A DNA stretch of 64,000 bases from Desulfatiglandales bacterium. GTDB lineage: Bacteria > Desulfobacterota > DSM-4660 > Desulfatiglandales > HGW-15. Positions 59,991-64,000 of the stretch are shown one piece after another. The stretch is from positions 2,400,001 to 2,464,000 of the forward strand of contig CAXXJJ010000001.1 of assembly GCA_963667015.2 (NCBI GenBank), read 5' to 3'. Numbering within the stretch: position 1 is the first letter of the stretch; each line of letters begins with the position of its first letter. The notes below the pieces were generated by a model. The model had not been told where the DNA came from and ran no database searches. It worked only from the letters and a program-made list of their open reading frames with translations. Position numbers and translations under genes: made by a program.

Positions 59991-61682
59991 TTAACATAAA
60001 TAAAGATCATTAAAGGTTTCCAGAAAGTTTCCTCTCACCTTTTCAAGCTCAGTAATGAGCGAAGATACCTTCTGATTTTCACCATTGTTTACTGATTCAA
60101 TAATTTTTTGCGCATGAGCATGTATCTTTTCATGAAGTTGACCAACCTTTGAAAAAACCGGAAAATCCCTGAGTTTCTGACCTTCGTGACCATAGTACCA
60201 TTTGCCGAAATCACAGTTATGATAGTCGGTAATTTCCTCTTTACCTATTGACTGCCTGCCATGAATCAGGGCTTCGAGTTTTATCCTCCATTTAAGGTGG
60301 CCGCTTTTTATGGCCGCTATATCAAAGCGATCCTCGGTGAGGATAAATTTTTCCATAACTCCTTTTAGCCGCTGCGCAAGTTTCTGCAGCTCATAAAGAC
60401 TTATATTTACCTCTGAACAATTGATTGTTATCTCGTTTGATGATGCGTTTACCTCTGTGGACTCATTGGAGATGTTTTCCGCGAAAACAGAGCATTGAGC
60501 TATATTATTATTCACATCCTGTATCCCGTCCGAGGCCTGAGTGATATTGCCGGCAATCTCCTGTGTGGTAACTGACTGCTCTTCAACTGCATTGGCAATA
60601 GTGGTCACTATCTCATTGACCTCATTGTTAATGCGGTTGATTTCCTTTATCATGTCTATGGTTTCGTTTGATGATGACTGGATTGCACTGACCTTTTCCT
60701 TGATCTCATTGGTTGCTTCGGAAGTCTGCCTGGCAAGTTCCTTGATTTCATTGGCTACAACAGCAAAACCCTTTCCTGCCTCACCGGCACGGGCCGCCTC
60801 AATGGTTGCATTAAGGGCCAGAAGATTTGTCTGCTCGGATATATCCGTTATGGTTCCTGTTACTTTTCCAATATCTGCTGCCACTGCCCCAAGTTCATCA
60901 ACCTTTGTTGATGCAACCCTGGCTTGAGATACCGCCTTATCAGTGATAACACGTGCCGATTCTGTATTTTTAGCTATTTCGTTAATAGTTGCGCTCATCT
61001 CTTCTGCAGAAGAGGCTACCATGTTGATATTGGTAGTGACCTGTTCGCTTGCAGCAGCTACACGGATCATATTTTCACTCATGTTCCGGGCCTCTCCGGC
61101 AACATTACCTGTGAGCTGAGAATTGGATTCCGCCCCTTGCTTCATCTTTTTAGAAATGGCAAACAGATTGTCAGAGGATGTGTTTAAAGTAGAAATTCCA
61201 TTATTGATATCTCTCAACACATTGCTTGTCTGGGATTTTATCTCGATAAGCTGGTCGGCTATCTGAGTAATCTCATCCTGACCTTCAGCCTCAAGACTGG
61301 AAGTGAAATCGCCTTTAACCATTGTATCGGTGAAATTTAAGATTGATCCTATATTCTTTTTAATCCCAACGGTCAGGAAATAGACAAGGAACAATAAAGA
61401 AACACAGCTTATGATTCCAATAATCAGATTTATATATATGCCTTTATTAACAAGTGAAGTAATAGAATTTAAATTTTTATCCAGCTCAGTCTGTTGAAAC
61501 TGGATTGCAGTTGACTGTATATATCCGGCCTCTGATATAAAAGCAGCTGATTCTGCGCGGGCGTTTTCTGCCAGTCTTTTTGTTTCGGTTCCATAGTACC
61601 AGCCTGAAATTATTAAAACCGGTAGTAGAATCATAATAAAGACAACAATCAGTCCGTATTTTTTAGCAATAGTCATATTCAT
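59991..61682 (-). CDS. Methyl-accepting chemotaxis protein with C-terminal CZB zinc-binding domain
   Basis: Two TMs, [33 protein letters not shown]...[10 protein letters not shown]...H; RBS GAGGAG. Confidence 0.92.
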   Translation of the reverse strand: MNMTIAKKYGLIVVFIMILLPVLIISGWYYGTETKRLAENARAESAAFISEAGYIQSTAIQFQQTELDKNLNSITSLVNKGIYINLIIGIISCVSLLFLVYFLTVGIKKNIGSILNFTDTMVKGDFTSSLEAEGQDEITQIADQLIEIKSQTSNVLRDINNGISTLNTSSDNLFAISKKMKQGAESNSQLTGNVAGEARNMSENMIRVAAASEQVTTNINMVASSAEEMSATINEIAKNTESARVITDKAVSQARVASTKVDELGAVAADIGKVTGTITDISEQTNLLALNATIEAARAGEAGKGFAVVANEIKELARQTSEATNEIKEKVSAIQSSSNETIDMIKEINRINNEVNEIVTTIANAVEEQSVTTQEIAGNITQASDGIQDVNNNIAQCSVFAENISNESTEVNASSNEITINCSEVNISLYELQKLAQRLKGVMEKFILTEDRFDIAAIKSGHLKWRIKLEALIHGRQSIGKEEITDYHNCDFGKWYYGHEGQKLRDFPVFSKVGQLHEKIHAHAQKIIESVNNGENQKVSSLITELEKVRGNFLETFNDLYLC

Positions 61683-61726
61683 AGCCTGGCTCCTCTCGAA
61701 TTGTAAGCAAATGGTAAGAATTAAAG

Positions 61727-61743
61727 AGCAAATACCGTGCCGG
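61727..61743 (-). promoter_or_regulatory. Sigma-54 promoter of the MCP gene
   Basis: Minus strand reads CCGGCACGGTATTTGCT, GG-N10-GC. Confidence 0.75.
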
Positions 61744-62056
61744 TTATGTTGGGCAGGAAAGTCTTGTATAATCAATAAGATATACTTTAGGGTTACGCAG
61801 GGTGAAAATTAAAATGTATCAGGTGTTAATTTTTTGACATATAAATATATATATTTTTGACTAAATTGATATATTATTAATATAAATTATCTGATAGAAG
61901 TAAACTTGATTTTATCAGGCTGGATATGAAAATTCGTATTATATCGGTTCATACAAACTGTTTATTACGAAATTCTTTATTGATACTGTATATGAATTCT
62001 CTATATAATCTTTAGACTTATAAAAATAAAAACATGATTATAGATTTACTGAAAAG

Positions 62057-62713
62057 GTGAACTATATGGATATAGTAATTACAGAAGAAGAGATCAGGGT
62101 GCTGGGCTGTTTAATGGAAAAGGAGATGGCAACACCCGAATATTATCCTATGTCTCTCAATGCCCTGACAAATGCATGCAATCAGAAGTCAAATCGTGAT
62201 CCTGTGACCTCCTTTTCAGAGGAGACGGTTTTGAGTGCATTGGATGGATTAAGAAAAAAGAAACTGGCAATGGAAAGCAGCGGAAGCCGTGTACCTAAAT
62301 ATGCCCAGACATTTTCAAATGAACTTAAGTTGAGCAGCAGAGAAGAGGCTGTCATCTGCATTCTACTGGTTCGCGGCCCCCAGACCCCTGGTGAAATCAG
62401 GGGCCGAACCGAACGGCTTTATTCCTTTTCAAGCCTTGAGGAAGTACTGGAGACAATTAACGGGCTTGAAAATATGGAACTGGTAAAAAGGCTTCCAAGG
62501 CAGCCGGGACGGAAGGAGTCACGTTATGCTCAATTGCTGGGAGGAGAGCCTCATGAGACAACCGGTGATATTACTGAGCCTGATAATGCCGGGAGTGCTC
62601 AGACGATTGAAAATAAACGTATAGATGAACTAACGCATGAAGTAGATATGCTGCGTGAAGAATTGAATAAAATCAGGCAGGAGTTTGAGGCATTCAAGGC
62701 GCAGTTTGGATAA
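62057..62713 (+). CDS. YceH/UPF0502 (DUF480) family protein
   Basis: RVLGCLMEKE..TPEYYPMSLNAL..ACNQKSNRDP, RGPQTPGE. Confidence 0.9.
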   Translation: MNYMDIVITEEEIRVLGCLMEKEMATPEYYPMSLNALTNACNQKSNRDPVTSFSEETVLSALDGLRKKKLAMESSGSRVPKYAQTFSNELKLSSREEAVICILLVRGPQTPGEIRGRTERLYSFSSLEEVLETINGLENMELVKRLPRQPGRKESRYAQLLGGEPHETTGDITEPDNAGSAQTIENKRIDELTHEVDMLREELNKIRQEFEAFKAQFG

Positions 62714-62742
62714 ACTTTTAAAAACAGAAAGTAATAAACTGA

Positions 62743-63648
62743 ATGATTGAATATGGCAAAATAAACAGCCTCAGGGTTAAAAAAGTAGATGGAAACATGA
62801 TAGCCCTTGATGGCGGAGAACTGGGTGAGGTATTCCTTCCTAAAAAAGAGGTGCACGGACGATGCAGGGTTAATGATAATGTTGAAGTTTTTTTATACCT
62901 GGATTCAAAAGACCAGGTAATCGTCACAGCAAATAAACCATATGTTGAGGCAGGGCAGTTTGCACTGCTCAAAGTGGTGACAGCAAATTCCTACGGGGCG
63001 TTTCTTGACTGGGGCCTTGAGCGGGATATTCGGGTATCTGAAAAGGAACAGCAGAAAAGGATGCGGCAGGGCGAGTTCTATCTGGTTTACGTATATAATG
63101 ATAAAAATAACCGTATCGCCGCGTCCTCCAGGCTGACGAAGTTTATGAAAAACATTCCTGCTGATTTCAAAGAAGGTCAGCGAGTGGATCTTGTCATAGG
63201 TGACATCACACCCATGGGATACAGGGCGATCATAAATGGAACTCATATAGGTGTACTGTATAAGAATGAGGTGTTCCAGCTCCTTAAACAGGGGCAGCCC
63301 ATAAAGGGATATATAAAAAAAATAAGGGAAGATGGAAGAATTGATCTTTCCCTTCAAAGACGAAGCGCCCGGGAAATAGATGACCTTTCCGGAAAGATCA
63401 TGAATGTATTAAAGGAGCATGGCGGTCGCCTTGAGATATCAGATAAAACGTCACCTGAAAGGATATACAGCCTGTTCGGCGTAAGCAAAAAGCGATACAA
63501 GAGTGCTATCGGTACCCTCTATAAAAAACGGCTTATCAAGATCGAAGATTATGCAATACGAATTGCAGTCGGGAAGGGGCAGGACTCATCCGAAACTCCA
63601 GAGGTTAAAAAAAAGAGGACTGTTCGAAGAATCAGGCCGAAAAGATAA
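62743..63648 (+). CDS. cvfB: CvfB/YitL S1-domain RNA-binding protein
   Basis: VFLYLDS, GAFLDWGLE, DGRIDLS, FGVSKK.YK.AIG.LYK. Confidence 0.88.
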   Translation: MIEYGKINSLRVKKVDGNMIALDGGELGEVFLPKKEVHGRCRVNDNVEVFLYLDSKDQVIVTANKPYVEAGQFALLKVVTANSYGAFLDWGLERDIRVSEKEQQKRMRQGEFYLVYVYNDKNNRIAASSRLTKFMKNIPADFKEGQRVDLVIGDITPMGYRAIINGTHIGVLYKNEVFQLLKQGQPIKGYIKKIREDGRIDLSLQRRSAREIDDLSGKIMNVLKEHGGRLEISDKTSPERIYSLFGVSKKRYKSAIGTLYKKRLIKIEDYAIRIAVGKGQDSSETPEVKKKRTVRRIRPKR

Positions 63649-63700
63649 ATTAATTTTCGTGAAAACAGCCATAAATTTTATTCAAAAAAGGAGACATTAA

Positions 63701-64000
63701 ATGATTAATGTTATTGCAACAGTGCAGGTTAAAGAAGGTAAAAGATCGGAATTTATTAATCTATTCAAGACTATTGTTCCTCTGGTTAAAGCGGAGAAGG
63801 GGTGCATCGATTATTTCCCAACAATTGATCTGCCGACAGATTTGCCTCCACAGGACATTAATGAAAATGAAGTGACAATAATTGAAAGATGGGAAAGTCT
63901 GGATCATTTAATGGCCCATCTTGCAACAAAGCACATGGCTGAACACATGGAAAAAGAAAAGGATTATGTTGAAAAGGCTTCGATCAAGATACTGCAGGAA
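63701..64000 (+). CDS. ABM-family putative quinol monooxygenase, 3' partial
   Basis: RBS AAGGAG; MINVIATVQVKEGKR...EKGCIDY...IIERWESLDHLMAHLATKHM; runs off the window. Confidence 0.85.
   Translation, partial: MINVIATVQVKEGKRSEFINLFKTIVPLVKAEKGCIDYFPTIDLPTDLPPQDINENEVTIIERWESLDHLMAHLATKHMAEHMEKEKDYVEKASIKILQE

Noticed and set aside
1..64000. rRNA/tRNA genes, prophage, and the many antisense ORFs nested in long genes
   Set aside because: No recognisable RNA-gene or phage structural signatures; nested ORFs are shadows of well-supported CDSs.

Overview
64 kb of bacterial chromosome. Gene content, sigma-54 promoters, GEMM riboswitches and repeat families suggest an anaerobic Desulfobacterota/deltaproteobacterium (inference). 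Mostly housekeeping and transport genes: pmbA, modF, nikM/L/K-type ECF parts, UPF0182, aroF-pepT-hrpA, alkaline phosphatase, a DEAD-box helicase, cls, a hybrid kinase, a CZB chemoreceptor and cvfB. Highlights: (1) a duplicated, apparently undescribed attenuator-like RNA motif upstream of both Ni/Co ECF units, in which GCC-ACGAA-GGC hairpins overlap intrinsic terminators; (2) a 4.4-kb RIT triple tyrosine-recombinase element with defined ends, a CTTGCC flanking repeat and two extra genes, next to a decayed attC-like site; (3) an unannotated five-Trp leader peptide attenuator before aroF; (4) a ParB-methyltransferase gene bracketed by 32-bp inverted repeats, next to a RelE/XRE toxin-antitoxin pair; (5) two tandem FN3-PKD adhesin paralogs, each behind a sigma-54 promoter and a c-di-GMP-I riboswitch, one canonical and one strongly diverged. 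No rRNA, tRNA or CRISPR array was seen. All calls come from reading the sequence by eye, without database searches.
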